NCBI GenBank assembly: GCA_963796275.1
Contig: CAWCKY010000004.1
Location: 1 to 64,000 of the forward strand
Source: an uncultured Acidobacteriota bacterium
GTDB taxonomy: Bacteria > Acidobacteriota > Blastocatellia > RBC074
DNA: 64,000 nucleotides
Direction of reading: 5' to 3'
In this document: one piece after another, positions 31,301 to 41,623 of the stretch
Position numbering within the stretch: position 1 is the stretch's first letter
How the letters are laid out: each line of letters begins with the position of its first letter
Notes under the pieces: generated by a model
Database searches by the model: none
The model's input: only the letters and a program-made list of their open reading frames with translations
Told to the model about the DNA's origin: nothing
Made by a program: the position numbers and the translations under genes

Positions 31301-33983
31301 GACTCACTCCTCCCTCTTTGCGCAACGCCTGCTCCACCTCCCCCAGTTCGATCCGATGGCCTCGCAGCTTCACCTGATGGTCCGCTCTCCTCAGATACTC
31401 CAACTCTCCCCCCGCTCTTCTCACCACCAGATCTCCCGTCCGGTACAACCTCTCCCCTTTTTCTCCGAACGGATTCGGCACATACCTCTCTGCCGTTGCA
31501 TCAGGATGCCCCAAATAGCCTCGCCCCAATCCTTTTCCTCCCAAGTACAACTCTCCCTCGCATCCCACACCCGCCAGTATCAGTCCATCTTCCAGTACAT
31601 ACGCCTGCATATTAGAGATCGGAAATCCGATCGCCACGCTTCTCTCTTCCCGCCCTTGTTCTCCTTCCCAAGACATCGCATCTATGCATGTCTCCGTCGG
31701 CCCATACAAATTGATCAACGGCGTTTGCTTCAGCGTCTCCCGGAAACGCCTCCACAGATCGATGCTCAGCTTCTCTCCTCCGCTGTATACCCGCTTCAGC
31801 TCACGGCAGTTTTTCATGCCTTCTTCTTCTATCAGAATTCCCAACATTGTCGGCACCACCTGCAGTACGCTTACCTCTTCCTTCTTGATCGTCTCCACCA
31901 GATACCGCGAATCCTGATGCCCTCCCGGCTCAGCCATGATCAAGACTCCCCCGGATAAAAGCGGCGCATAAAACTCCCAGACCGACGCATCAAAGCTGAA
32001 CGGCGTCTTTTGCAGCACTCGATCATCTGCTTCCAGAGGATATTCTTTTTGCATCCACTCCATGTGGTTCCAGATCGCCCCCTGCGTGATCATCACTCCC
32101 TTCGGCTGCCCCGTCGATCCCGAGGTATAGATCACATACGCCAGGTTCTCCTCCGTTACTTCGATTCCCAGGTTCTCTCCATTTTCCTCCTCCAGCCGCA
32201 CCCAATCCCGATCTACACAGATCACCTCTTCAACCCATTCCGGGACAGAACCCAATAACTTCTCCTGCGTTAGCACCACCCCCACTCCCGCATCCTGCAC
32301 CATGTATCTCAACCGCTCGCTCGGATAGCTCGCATCTAGCGGTAAGTAGGCCCCTCCAGCTTTGAGCACGGCCAGCAGCGCCACCACCAGCTCACACGAT
32401 CTCTCCATCTGAACTCCCACTAGCATCTCCGGCCCCACTCCCAATCGCCGCAGCTGTCGCGCCAGACGGTTCGCTCGCTCGTTCAGCTCTCGATAGGTCA
32501 GACTCCCAGAACCATCCTCGATCGCCCTCTTTTCCCCGCTTCGCTCGACTTGCTCTTCAAACCATTCGTGCAGCACACGGAACCTTCCCCATTCGACTGC
32601 CGTTCGATTCCAATTGATCAGCAATTCTTCGCGTATCCCCGATCCGACCAGTTCCAGCTCTCTCCACTCTTTTTCGGCACTGTTCACTGCGCTCCCGACC
32701 ACGCTCAGATATTGTTCGGCGACTCGCTCGATCACGGCTTTCTCGTATCTCGCCCCTTCATACTGCAGCTCAGCGCGGAGCTCTTTCCCTTGCCTTTCAC
32801 ACCACAGCTTGATTTTGAAATTCCCTTCTTTCATTCGTCTCCCGCATACTCTCCAGACCAAGCCACGGCTTCGTTCCTCATCTTCAGCTCTAACGTACTC
32901 GAATCCGTACTCCAATCCTCTTCGCCACTCCGATTCCTCTCGAATGCTCGCCGCCACTCCTCGGAAGCAGTCTTGCCACGTCCGGTGCTCTTCCAGCCTC
33001 TCGCTCGTTTCATGCACTAGATGGCTCAGACTCGCATTGCTCGCTCCCTCAAATCTCATCGGCAGCCAGCGTTCGAATAATCCAAAAGCTCCTTCCAACT
33101 CGACGTCCGTTCTCCCATCGAACCGCACAACCACTGACTTCAGTCTTCCTCCCGTCAACTTCCACAACAGCACTTGCCAGCAAGCCAGCAGCACTGGTTC
33201 CTCACTCGTTCCCAGGATATCGGAGAGTCTCGCCACACCCGCCGCAAGTTCCTTCCCCAGATTTACTCTCACCGGACTCGATTCCCGCTCACGCTCCCAA
33301 CCTTCTACCTCAAGCGCCAGTCGACCGTTGGCTTCCGCTTCCGTCGATTGGCCTCGCCAATAGGCTCGGCCTTCGGACGCTTCCTCGCTCTCCTCCAGTT
33401 CGCGCTGCCACGCCGCATACGCCGCATATTGCACCACATCTGCTTCAGCCTCTTCCATCTCCTTACATCCTTCACGCAGCCTCTCATACCTCCAGGCCAA
33501 CTCACTCATCAGATTGACCCAGCTCTTGCGATCCACGCTCAATCTTGGCAGGCTGAGCAGCAATCTGGTCTCCTGCCTATCTTGACGCTGCAGACAGGCT
33601 TGTAAGGCTGGTTCGCTGCCGTCCACCGCTCCTTCCTCCATCGTCTCGACCACGCGATCGCCCCACGTCGTATCACCAGTCTCACACGCCTCCCGTTCTT
33701 CTCTCCATCCCAAGGCGCAGGATTCGCTCACCACCTGCCACGGCTGACTCATGCCGGCTGAGAGCCGATACCCGGTCCGCAGAATCTGATGCCTGGCCAC
33801 CGTCTCTTCCAACGCTCTTCGCAGTGCTTCGCTCTCGACCTCACCGGTCAGCACGATCTCGCACAATTCGCGCGGTGTCGGCCCAGCCAGCGCCGACAGT
33901 TCCCTCCACGCTTCCAACTGTTGCTGTGAGATCTGGTAGCCGGTTACCGCCTGCTGTTCTATCAATGTACTTTCATCTCCCAT
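28380..33983 (-). CDS. NRPS: pseudo-C, A(Gln), T, C, fused TauD-type hydroxylase
   Basis: First C PRLSVDR; code read as DAWQYGLIDK; HHIISDG; C-terminal WHNENSF..DNMLSAHGR. Confidence 0.92.
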   Translation of the reverse strand: MGDESTLIEQQAVTGYQISQQQLEAWRELSALAGPTPRELCEIVLTGEVESEALRRALEETVARHQILRTGYRLSAGMSQPWQVVSESCALGWREEREACETGDTTWGDRVVETMEEGAVDGSEPALQACLQRQDRQETRLLLSLPRLSVDRKSWVNLMSELAWRYERLREGCKEMEEAEADVVQYAAYAAWQRELEESEEASEGRAYWRGQSTEAEANGRLALEVEGWERERESSPVRVNLGKELAAGVARLSDILGTSEEPVLLACWQVLLWKLTGGRLKSVVVRFDGRTDVELEGAFGLFERWLPMRFEGASNASLSHLVHETSERLEEHRTWQDCFRGVAASIREESEWRRGLEYGFEYVRAEDEERSRGLVWRVCGRRMKEGNFKIKLWCERQGKELRAELQYEGARYEKAVIERVAEQYLSVVGSAVNSAEKEWRELELVGSGIREELLINWNRTAVEWGRFRVLHEWFEEQVERSGEKRAIEDGSGSLTYRELNERANRLARQLRRLGVGPEMLVGVQMERSCELVVALLAVLKAGGAYLPLDASYPSERLRYMVQDAGVGVVLTQEKLLGSVPEWVEEVICVDRDWVRLEEENGENLGIEVTEENLAYVIYTSGSTGQPKGVMITQGAIWNHMEWMQKEYPLEADDRVLQKTPFSFDASVWEFYAPLLSGGVLIMAEPGGHQDSRYLVETIKKEEVSVLQVVPTMLGILIEEEGMKNCRELKRVYSGGEKLSIDLWRRFRETLKQTPLINLYGPTETCIDAMSWEGEQGREERSVAIGFPISNMQAYVLEDGLILAGVGCEGELYLGGKGLGRGYLGHPDATAERYVPNPFGEKGERLYRTGDLVVRRAGGELEYLRRADHQVKLRGHRIELGEVEQALRKEGGVSQSAALVREGGEEGARLVGYVVYGGTEAPSENELRAKLRRRLPEHMVPSAIIVLDSLPLLPNGKVDLNALVEIGTDRVVTNEVRMTPRTPTEELLCGIWQAVLGINCVGIHDNFFDLGGHSLMATTVIARIHNTFRIEVPLRRLFEHPTVSMLASSIDEDIRAGLALGTPPIVAVPRDRDLPLSFAQQRLWFLDQLSPGSASNNISGGIRLKGALDIVALERSLGEIIKRHESLRTRLVSKRGDPVQVIDGFGPWMLSVEDLSDLSEIEIEENIQQRAAADAGQPFSLSLGPLLRIKLFRLKLDEHMLLITIHHIISDGWSLGVFAQELAALYDAFCEGRPAPLPDLPIQYGDYAVWQRTQLQGEMLERLVEYWKRQLKGAAPVLELSSDRTRPEKQRFRGAVHSMAISKDLTDAMKKLGRDENATLFMTLLAAFNVLLYHYSGQEDLVVGTDIANRNRVETGNLVGFFVNQLALRTDLSGEPTFREILRRVREVALDAYAHQDLPFDKLVEVLKPERSLKYSPIFQVKLVLQNAPMPPLELTNLSLTSFPIKNDVSRFDLTLLFWEKGGGLEGLIEYNTDLFDAAFVMRLSELFERILQFVIEQPHASMAEIERTMVVFEQERLREEASLRADNNLKRFQTAKPELGQLSAEKIVRTSLLRPDFSAPLVIEPRFKDVDLIELGRNNRELIERELGKHGALLFRGFSLPLAGDFERFAKTICPELFSENGEHSRETISGNVYTPVYYPTYLRLLWHNENSFNHQWPRKIWFCCSKPADEGGETPIVDSRKVFESISLTIREKFIRKGVMYVRNYGDNFELDWQKIFQTSSKTEVERRCRADRIDFEWKDGDRLVTRSVRPAVGRHPHTGEMVWFNQAQLWHPYCLDRITRGSLRTLFREENLPRNCYYGDGSVIEDSVMEEILEIYQKLEVSFPWQRWDVLMLDNMLSAHGRTPFTGERKLLVAMGEMSSYSDI

Positions 33984-33984
33984 A

Positions 33985-35067
33985 TCAAATGTCCGTCCTT
34001 TCATATGGTTCGGCCATACCGAAAATGATCTTTCTCTCGCCCCTGAATGACCAGCGTCCGTGCGCGGTCAGCATATTGTCGAGAATGATGACGTCGCCGC
34101 GCTCCCACTCGAAGGCCTTGCTGTTTTCCAGATATGCAGCCCTCAACTCGTCCATGACCGGCGCTTCGATCTCGGATCCGTCCCCGTAGTAGGTATTGTT
34201 GGGCAGATCTTCTACTTTGAACTCCGCGAGCAGAGCATTACGGATCGCAGGTAAGAGCGTCGAAATATGAAAGAATGCCACGTGGTTGAACCAAACCTTT
34301 TCGCCGGTTCGTGGATGCTCAACCACGGCCGGTCGTACCTGGCGAGTGCGCAGACGGTCGCCGTCTCTCCATTCACAATCGATGCCGGCTTGGCGGCAAT
34401 ATCTTTCGACTTCGTCTTTTTCAGTGGTTTGAAAAACCGTCTGCCAGGGCAAGCCAAAGCCATTTCCGAAGTTGCGAACATACATCCATTTCTTTTCGAG
34501 AAAGCGTTCTCTGATCTCCGGAGATATACTCCGGAAAATTTTGCGCGTATCGGCAATCGGCGTCCCCCCTCCCTGCTCGGCCGGAATCAAACAACCGAAG
34601 TAAAGCTTCATCGGCAGAGTTTTGGCATAGGAGTGTTCGTTGTGGGGGAAGATATCTTGCTCCGCGGGATAATCGGTCGAGGTATAGACATTACCGATCA
34701 CGCTGCTGCGAGGAGATGAGCGTTCGCGGTACTCCATCACCTCTCCTGAAATCGCTCGGATCAATTGCTCAAACTCATCCGCCGAATTCATCTGAAAATT
34801 CCGGAGGAGAACGGCGCCACTCCGTCGGCACCAGGTTTCGATGAAGTCCCGGTGGTGCGCGGCCCAGTCAATCAGGCGGACCCCTTCGACGGCAGGCTTA
34901 ACGACCAGCGGGAGTGTGCCGTCGGCATCGAGGTATTCCGTATAAATCAGGCACTCCTCCAGCATGTTGACAGCTTTGGGCTGCGCCATTTTTCCCCGCG
35001 AAGCCCATAAGCTCTGTTTCTCCGGATCCTTCCTTTGTTCAGCACTCATTGCCATCCCTCCCGTCAA
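33985..35067 (-). CDS. Standalone TauD/SyrP-like Fe(II)/2OG beta-hydroxylase
   Basis: PHNEHSY, GGGTPIAD, WFNH, DNMLTAHGR. Confidence 0.9.
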   Translation of the reverse strand: MTGGMAMSAEQRKDPEKQSLWASRGKMAQPKAVNMLEECLIYTEYLDADGTLPLVVKPAVEGVRLIDWAAHHRDFIETWCRRSGAVLLRNFQMNSADEFEQLIRAISGEVMEYRERSSPRSSVIGNVYTSTDYPAEQDIFPHNEHSYAKTLPMKLYFGCLIPAEQGGGTPIADTRKIFRSISPEIRERFLEKKWMYVRNFGNGFGLPWQTVFQTTEKDEVERYCRQAGIDCEWRDGDRLRTRQVRPAVVEHPRTGEKVWFNHVAFFHISTLLPAIRNALLAEFKVEDLPNNTYYGDGSEIEAPVMDELRAAYLENSKAFEWERGDVIILDNMLTAHGRWSFRGERKIIFGMAEPYERTDI

Positions 35068-35172
35068 AAAGAGTTCATGATCTGGCTCTCAAGTAGATAC
35101 TCTCCTCGAAATACGTCTCAGCACCACCTAGACGTCAGCCGCTCCCGTCACCCTCAAGTTGGGACGATGGGC

Positions 35173-38100
35173 TTATTTATTTTGTTTCGGGACGTCCGCA
35201 ACTCCTTTGAGCATTTTTCGGCGCGCCGCTGCAAATTTACTTCGATTCTGAAGGCGCTCCTGTCGATCATCCTCTTCGAGGGCAACAAAAAGCTCGTCGA
35301 CCATCACGGCTGAGCGCGCAGCGATTATGTGGAGCAGCGTTTTCAACCTGAGCCCGATCCGCTTAATCGTGGATGCGTCGAAAAGCTCCGTGTTGTAACG
35401 GAACTTGCCGATCATTCCGGCTTCAGCCTCTATCATATAAAGGCTCAGATCGAAGACGGACGTACTGTTATCAAATTCCGCAAGTTGCAGTTTCAAATCC
35501 CCGGCTTCCAGGAACTGCGTTTGCGCATTGCGCAAGCCGAACATCACCTGGAAGAGCGGATTACGGCCCAGATCGCGTTCGGGCCGTAACACTTCCACCA
35601 GTTTGTCAAATGGCAAATCCTGGTGGGCATAAGCGCCGAGAGTTGTCTCTTTGACTTGCCTCAACAGGTCGTCAAAATTCTGCCCCTTCCTGATCCGGAC
35701 ACGTAAGACCAGTTGGTTGACGAACAGTCCGATCAAGGCCTCGCTCTCTAGCCGATTCCGGTTTGCGACGTCCGTGCCGATGAGCAGGTCTTCCTCACTT
35801 GACCAATAACTGAGCAGCACCGCAAAAGACGCCAGCAAAGTCATAAACATTGTGGTTTCTTCCCGGCTGCTCAATGTCTTGATCGCTTCCGTCAGACTAT
35901 GGGAAATATCTAGATAGTAGGCTGCCCCCTTGAAAGACTGCACCAGCGGACGTTGCCGATCGGACGGCAATTCCAGTACGAGCGGCGCATCTGCGAGTTG
36001 CTCCTTCCAGTAAGAGAGCTGCCGGTCGAATACAATGCCGTTCATTTGCTCCCTTTCCCACGCCGCGTAATCGGCAAACTGAATTGAAAGTTCAGGGAGG
36101 GGAGAAGGTCGTTCATGCACGAAAGCTTCATAGAGAGTCGCCAGCTCGCGCACGAAGACTCCAATGGACCACCCATCGGAGATGATGTGAGGCAAGGTTA
36201 CCAGCAACATATGCCGTTCGCCCTCTAAGCGCAGCAATCTGAAACGCGCCAACGGCCCTAGTCTCAGATCAACCGGTTTTCTTGCCTCGGCGATTGCTAG
36301 TTGCTCTGCCATCGCTTCTCGTTCGCTCTCAGGCAACCCGCTCAAATCCTCGATCTGTAAAGTAATGTCCAGAGCCTCATTGATAATCTGGACCGGTCTC
36401 CCATCCTTAAAATCAATGGTCGTACGCAAGGCCTCGTGCCGCCGAATGATTTCGCCGAGACTTTGTTCCAATGGACTAAGATCGAGTTGTCCGATCAGAT
36501 GAATGACACCGGACGAGTTGTATGCCGTACTTCCAGGCGCCAGTTGATCCAAAAACCAGAGACGCTGTTGGGCAAAAGAGAGAGACAAATCCTGATTGCG
36601 GTCGATCGGCGGTATGGGCGAGGTAGCATTCCACGCCATTGCGCCAGCAACCTCAATCTCCTTGGCCAATTCGGCCACGACTGGTTTCTCGAAGAAAGTG
36701 GAGAGGGAGACTTCGATTCGGAATCTTTCGCGCAACCGCGAAACTACTTGCGCTGCTAATAGCGAATGCCCGCCCAATTGGAAGAAGTTGTCGTAGACAC
36801 CGACTCGAGACCCCCCGAGGACTTCTGTGAGAATTTCAACCAGCGCCTTCTCCACTGGAGTCCTCGGGGCGACATAATGATCGTCCGATTCAGAGAATGT
36901 TCGCGTCGCAAGAGGCAGCGCGCGCCGGTCTACTTTCCCACTTGGCGTCATCGGCAATTCGTCAAGTCTGACGAAGGTCGAAGGGATCATGTAATCCGGC
37001 AACCTCTGTTTCAGCGCATCCCGCAATTCATCTATAAGTTCTCCTCCCCAAGCCGATTGTCGCGGCACAACATAAGCAACCAGACGCTTATCGCCGCCGG
37101 ATTCCTCGCGAGCAGCAACCACTGCTGCTTTGATTGCCGGGGAGCTGCACAACGCGGTCTCAATCTCGGCAAGTTCGATACGGAACCCCCTGATCTTGAC
37201 TTGATGATCCATGCGCCCGAGAAATTCGATCTGCTCATCCTCTTGAAAACGGGCAATATCACCGGTCCGATAGAAACGCGCACCCGGCTCTAGGCTGAAG
37301 GGATCCGGCACAAACTTCTCCGCTGTCTGCTCGGTATCGTTAAGATATCCCCGCGCTAGCAGCGGCCCCCCAATGCACAGCTCTCCCCGAGTCCCAAGCG
37401 GCTTCAAATTTCCTTGCCGATCTAAAATATAGATGGCCCGCCCGGCAAGTGGGCGTCCTATCGGGACGCGAGTCACGGAGTCCTGTTCGCCATAATGTGG
37501 AGGTACGTCGAAGAGTGTGGAGGTGATCGTCGTCTCCGTCGGCCCATACGCATTTAATAATCTCGACGACCCCATTGCGCTCTGTAGCCACTGTCGCACA
37601 GTGGCTATGGGCATGGCATCTCCGCCAACAATGATCAGCCTGAGCTGCGTTTCCAATCCGTGCGTCTCAGTAAATTCCCGTGTGAGTACAGTCCAATAAG
37701 CCGGTGGCACATTGGCCACAGTGATACCATATCGTTCCACCTGATGATAAAAATCTGTCGTCTCCCACCGCTGCTCGTCGCGCAGCACCAGCGTCGCCCC
37801 GCTGAAGAGCGTTGCCAGTATCTGCTCGATTGAGACATCGAAACTCAGAGAAGCGAACTGGAGCATGCGATCATTCGACTGTAGTGCAAATGACTCTCCG
37901 ATCCGAGCCAGATGGTTGACCGCTGCTTCGTGAGAGATGCATACGCCTTTAGGGCTGCCGGTCGAACCCGATGTGTAAATAACGTATGCCAGATTCATCC
38001 CGGTAATACACGATTCAAGATTAACCGTGGATTCCTGCGCAATCCCTCCCCAATCTGAATCGAGACAAATGATTTCGGAGGCGACAGCAGAGGCTGGGAG

Positions 38101-39813
38101 ATTGAAGATAAGATGCTGTTCGATTAAGAGCACGGATGGGCCAGTGTCTGTAAGCATATAAGACAATCGCTCTTGCGGAGACTTCGGATCGAGCGGCACA
38201 TATACGCCGCCTGCTTTCAGTATTCCAAGTAGTGAGACCACTGTTGCGATAGAACGATTGGCGCAAACACCGACTGTGACTTCGGGTCCGACCCCCAACC
38301 CACGTAAACGATGTGCGAGTTGATTGGCTCGCTCGTTCAAATCACAATAGCTGATCACTTCATCTCCCAACACTATGGCTATCCTCTCAGGAGCGCGATC
38401 GACTTGGGCTTCGAACATCTCAGACAAGGTACATCTCAAAGGCACGGCGGAGCTGATGGCATCACCGACAGCCAGCAATTGACGTTGCTCCTCCTCGGTC
38501 AACAGCGACAGATTGGAAAGGCGCTGTTCAGATCCAGTAATGACGGTCTCGATCAGGGTCTTCAAATATCCGAGCGTCCGGCCCATAGCTTCCCGCTGAA
38601 AAGTAGAGCCGTCATGAGCAAGGCGTAAGACAAATTGGGGTGACTCCGAAACTTCGAGGACGGTGGGGTAGTCATTTTTTATGTCTACGTGATGGCGGCG
38701 AATTGTTATATCTCTGACAAACCATGGCAAAGGTAGAGTGTGCTCATAGTCATTGAAAGCCAGCGCGCTCTCGAACAAACTTTGATCAGGTTCAACATCG
38801 CTCCAGTCTCGGATTTTTGCCAGCGGGATATGCTCAAATCGGTTGGTCTCAATATATTGATCTTGCAGCCGGTTGAGCCATGAAATCACGGTGGCGCCGG
38901 CTGTGATCTCGACTCGAACCGGTACGAAGTTGCTGAACGCACCAACGGCAAGTTCTCCTCCAGGCCACGAAGATGGACGGTCCGACAAGCATATTCCGAA
39001 GACAATCTCCGTTGAATCAATGTAACGACCGAGGAGTAATGCCCATATACCTGAGAGTATAGTCCTTATGCTCAATTGATGGCGTTGCGCGAAAGCTCTG
39101 AGCGCGGCGCAGGTATTTGTAGAAAGCTCAATCTCTTCTTCTTGGTCTCGGCTGTGGTTGCCTGGTAACGGATGTATGCTCAGCGAGTCCGGTGCACGGA
39201 GCGCTGGCAGCGCATCCGTCCAAAACTCTTTAGCATCAGTTAGTTCTTGCCGTTTCAGCCAGGCAAAATAATCTTTGTATATATAAGTGTGCTTCGATTT
39301 GAATTCCCGCGCATCACATATCGCGTCATAGCATGCAAATAGATCCATCAAGATGATCTGTTGCGACCTTCGATCCAGTAACAATCCGTGATAACTCCAG
39401 ACAAAGTAATGTGTCTTTACAGTCATACGAATGAGATGAACGCGGAGCGGCGGCGATCTTCTCAGATCGAACCTGACCTCGCGCTCCGCTGTCAAAAACT
39501 GCTCCATCCGATGTTCCTGTTCACTTGCAGGCAACGTGCTCCAATCGTACCATTCCAGTGGTATCACCACTTCTCGCAGCACGACTTGTAGCGGTTCATT
39601 TAAATTCTCCCAGGAAAACAGGACGCGCAAAGCCTGATGCTGCCGTAGTATTCGCTGCCAGATCTGCTCGAAAGCGGTAACGTTCAAATCACCATCCAGG
39701 AGATAACTGCAGAGCCGCACGGGTAACGAACCAGGAGATTTCAGTTCGCGGCGCAGAATCTCCTGTTGAATAGGCGTAAGCCTATAGATATCTTCGATAT
39801 TCTCTACTTTCAT
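35173..39813 (-). CDS. NRPS: pseudo-C, A(Arg-like), T, C
   Basis: First C YHGLLLDR; code read as DVENIGAITK; GGHSL; second C PHIISDG. Confidence 0.92.
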   Translation of the reverse strand: MKVENIEDIYRLTPIQQEILRRELKSPGSLPVRLCSYLLDGDLNVTAFEQIWQRILRQHQALRVLFSWENLNEPLQVVLREVVIPLEWYDWSTLPASEQEHRMEQFLTAEREVRFDLRRSPPLRVHLIRMTVKTHYFVWSYHGLLLDRRSQQIILMDLFACYDAICDAREFKSKHTYIYKDYFAWLKRQELTDAKEFWTDALPALRAPDSLSIHPLPGNHSRDQEEEIELSTNTCAALRAFAQRHQLSIRTILSGIWALLLGRYIDSTEIVFGICLSDRPSSWPGGELAVGAFSNFVPVRVEITAGATVISWLNRLQDQYIETNRFEHIPLAKIRDWSDVEPDQSLFESALAFNDYEHTLPLPWFVRDITIRRHHVDIKNDYPTVLEVSESPQFVLRLAHDGSTFQREAMGRTLGYLKTLIETVITGSEQRLSNLSLLTEEEQRQLLAVGDAISSAVPLRCTLSEMFEAQVDRAPERIAIVLGDEVISYCDLNERANQLAHRLRGLGVGPEVTVGVCANRSIATVVSLLGILKAGGVYVPLDPKSPQERLSYMLTDTGPSVLLIEQHLIFNLPASAVASEIICLDSDWGGIAQESTVNLESCITGMNLAYVIYTSGSTGSPKGVCISHEAAVNHLARIGESFALQSNDRMLQFASLSFDVSIEQILATLFSGATLVLRDEQRWETTDFYHQVERYGITVANVPPAYWTVLTREFTETHGLETQLRLIIVGGDAMPIATVRQWLQSAMGSSRLLNAYGPTETTITSTLFDVPPHYGEQDSVTRVPIGRPLAGRAIYILDRQGNLKPLGTRGELCIGGPLLARGYLNDTEQTAEKFVPDPFSLEPGARFYRTGDIARFQEDEQIEFLGRMDHQVKIRGFRIELAEIETALCSSPAIKAAVVAAREESGGDKRLVAYVVPRQSAWGGELIDELRDALKQRLPDYMIPSTFVRLDELPMTPSGKVDRRALPLATRTFSESDDHYVAPRTPVEKALVEILTEVLGGSRVGVYDNFFQLGGHSLLAAQVVSRLRERFRIEVSLSTFFEKPVVAELAKEIEVAGAMAWNATSPIPPIDRNQDLSLSFAQQRLWFLDQLAPGSTAYNSSGVIHLIGQLDLSPLEQSLGEIIRRHEALRTTIDFKDGRPVQIINEALDITLQIEDLSGLPESEREAMAEQLAIAEARKPVDLRLGPLARFRLLRLEGERHMLLVTLPHIISDGWSIGVFVRELATLYEAFVHERPSPLPELSIQFADYAAWEREQMNGIVFDRQLSYWKEQLADAPLVLELPSDRQRPLVQSFKGAAYYLDISHSLTEAIKTLSSREETTMFMTLLASFAVLLSYWSSEEDLLIGTDVANRNRLESEALIGLFVNQLVLRVRIRKGQNFDDLLRQVKETTLGAYAHQDLPFDKLVEVLRPERDLGRNPLFQVMFGLRNAQTQFLEAGDLKLQLAEFDNSTSVFDLSLYMIEAEAGMIGKFRYNTELFDASTIKRIGLRLKTLLHIIAARSAVMVDELFVALEEDDRQERLQNRSKFAAARRKMLKGVADVPKQNK

Positions 39814-39875
39814 CTATTATGTTCCTTACCAAGCTATTCAAAGGTGTTTGCTGGAATGGTCGAGGATATACGAAC

Positions 39876-41492
39876 CTATCTTCCGGAAGCATCGGCTTCG
39901 AGGTAAGTGTCGAATCGCCCAAATAGGCGTTGAGCATCTAGGAATCCTGCTTCACGAGCCTTTTGAATCAGTTTATTGGCCTCTTTAATTTGAATAGATT
40001 CTTCTGACAACCCTAATCCCATGCCGTACTGGAACCACGGCTCACTTCCCATGGCATATATATATACCCGCTTTCCGCCGACCGCCTCGAGCAGCGCCCA
40101 TGCAGCTTTTGCGTTGCTGCCTTTCGTCCGTCTACTAATGTCATGATCGTGTTGAATCCTGGATGGGAGTAATGCCCCATAAAGCCATGAAAGCGGCGCG
40201 CCCACACATTCCATCCCCAAAAAAACAGTTTCAATATCGCCGATCGATCGACGAAGATGTTCGTATAGTCGCCGGTCGAGACAATTAGAGTCAGCCGCGA
40301 ATAAAATGCTCTCCTTTCCAATGCGAATGGCATATGCGCTCTTGCCGTGAGGGAGATCGGCATGCTCTCCTAAAAACGGGACGGCGATGATTTCACCATT
40401 TGGCAGCTCAATCGACTCCAGAGAATCCAACTCGATCACATTTTTAAATCCTATCTGATAGGCCAGCAGTTTCAGCGAAGGATCCGTGTAGAACAGGCTG
40501 AAGTTCTTTGGTACAACCAGGCAGTCGATGCGATGCCGCAAGCGAAGCAGCGTTTCAGGAACAAAGTGATCATGATGGGCGTGTGTAATGAGCGCGAAGT
40601 CAATCTTCTTTGGCAACTCTCGATAGGTGATACGCTCTAATCCGCCGTCTCGAGGCATAACCCCAACCCAGGGATCGGTCATGATAGAGATTCCATTCCA
40701 TTCGACCAAGACACAGGCATGTCCCAGATACCTGATGCGGAGCTTCGGTTCTCGCCACGGTTCAAGTGGCATATTGTGCTCTGACGATAAAAACGGCAGA
40801 AGCGCCTCTTCCTGCCGCTGACCGAGCTCCAGCACTTCGCGAATATGACCCAGAGGTCGCGGCGAGAGCTCAATCCTGAAGAGTTCATCTATCTCCGGGC
40901 TTTCGAATGATACTCGCCAGTCGATTTCATCTTCGTTGAGTAAATGCGGCGTGCTCAGGAAAAAGGGCCGCGAATTATCTCGCTGAACCATAAAAAAACG
41001 CAGTGACTGGAGTATTCTGTTATAGTAAGGGCTTGCGTAAAGCAACCCTTCCATCAGACGTAGAATCGGGTGATTGTAGTAATCGTAGACTAACTCTGTG
41101 TAACCGCGAAGACACTCAGATAATCTCTCATAAAAAGGCTCGAGGCTTTGCCCCTTCGCTTCGTGCGCCAGGCACTCATAAGCTTCGGTGATAGCCTTTG
41201 CCAATTCGAGGTTAGAATACTGGCGTTGCATTGAGCCGAGTAATGCCCGAACCTCATCTGCGCGCTCCAATGGCGCGTCAACAAAAGGTCCACCAACTAG
41301 CCTCGGGTTTTGGCAGGCCTTGATGTGGATCTCTGGATTTTCCATGTAAGACGAGAGAGTCTTGATCTGATAATGCCTCAGATGCATGCTGTAGGGAGCC
41401 GGGGCAATCAAATCCGACCACACGGCCCATTGATTAATTAACGGCTCGACCACAGTTGAATCCGCAAGACGATATGTTGTTTGGGATGACAC
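39876..41492 (-). CDS. CmlA-like diiron MBL-fold beta-hydroxylase 2
   Basis: EPLINQW, GGPF, THAHHDH, FLGEHADL, AADS; GTG start after GGAGG. Confidence 0.85.
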   Translation of the reverse strand: MSSQTTYRLADSTVVEPLINQWAVWSDLIAPAPYSMHLRHYQIKTLSSYMENPEIHIKACQNPRLVGGPFVDAPLERADEVRALLGSMQRQYSNLELAKAITEAYECLAHEAKGQSLEPFYERLSECLRGYTELVYDYYNHPILRLMEGLLYASPYYNRILQSLRFFMVQRDNSRPFFLSTPHLLNEDEIDWRVSFESPEIDELFRIELSPRPLGHIREVLELGQRQEEALLPFLSSEHNMPLEPWREPKLRIRYLGHACVLVEWNGISIMTDPWVGVMPRDGGLERITYRELPKKIDFALITHAHHDHFVPETLLRLRHRIDCLVVPKNFSLFYTDPSLKLLAYQIGFKNVIELDSLESIELPNGEIIAVPFLGEHADLPHGKSAYAIRIGKESILFAADSNCLDRRLYEHLRRSIGDIETVFLGMECVGAPLSWLYGALLPSRIQHDHDISRRTKGSNAKAAWALLEAVGGKRVYIYAMGSEPWFQYGMGLGLSEESIQIKEANKLIQKAREAGFLDAQRLFGRFDTYLEADASGR

Positions 41493-41623
41493 TTCTCCTC
41501 CTCTACCGCATTTCTTTGCTGTTAACAACTAGATGTATTAACGCCTCGATAATGGTTTCTCTAATAGGCTTCGCAATAGGCTCTTGCGCAGAGAGAAGGC
41601 GGACCAAGAGATGGGGTTGGCGA

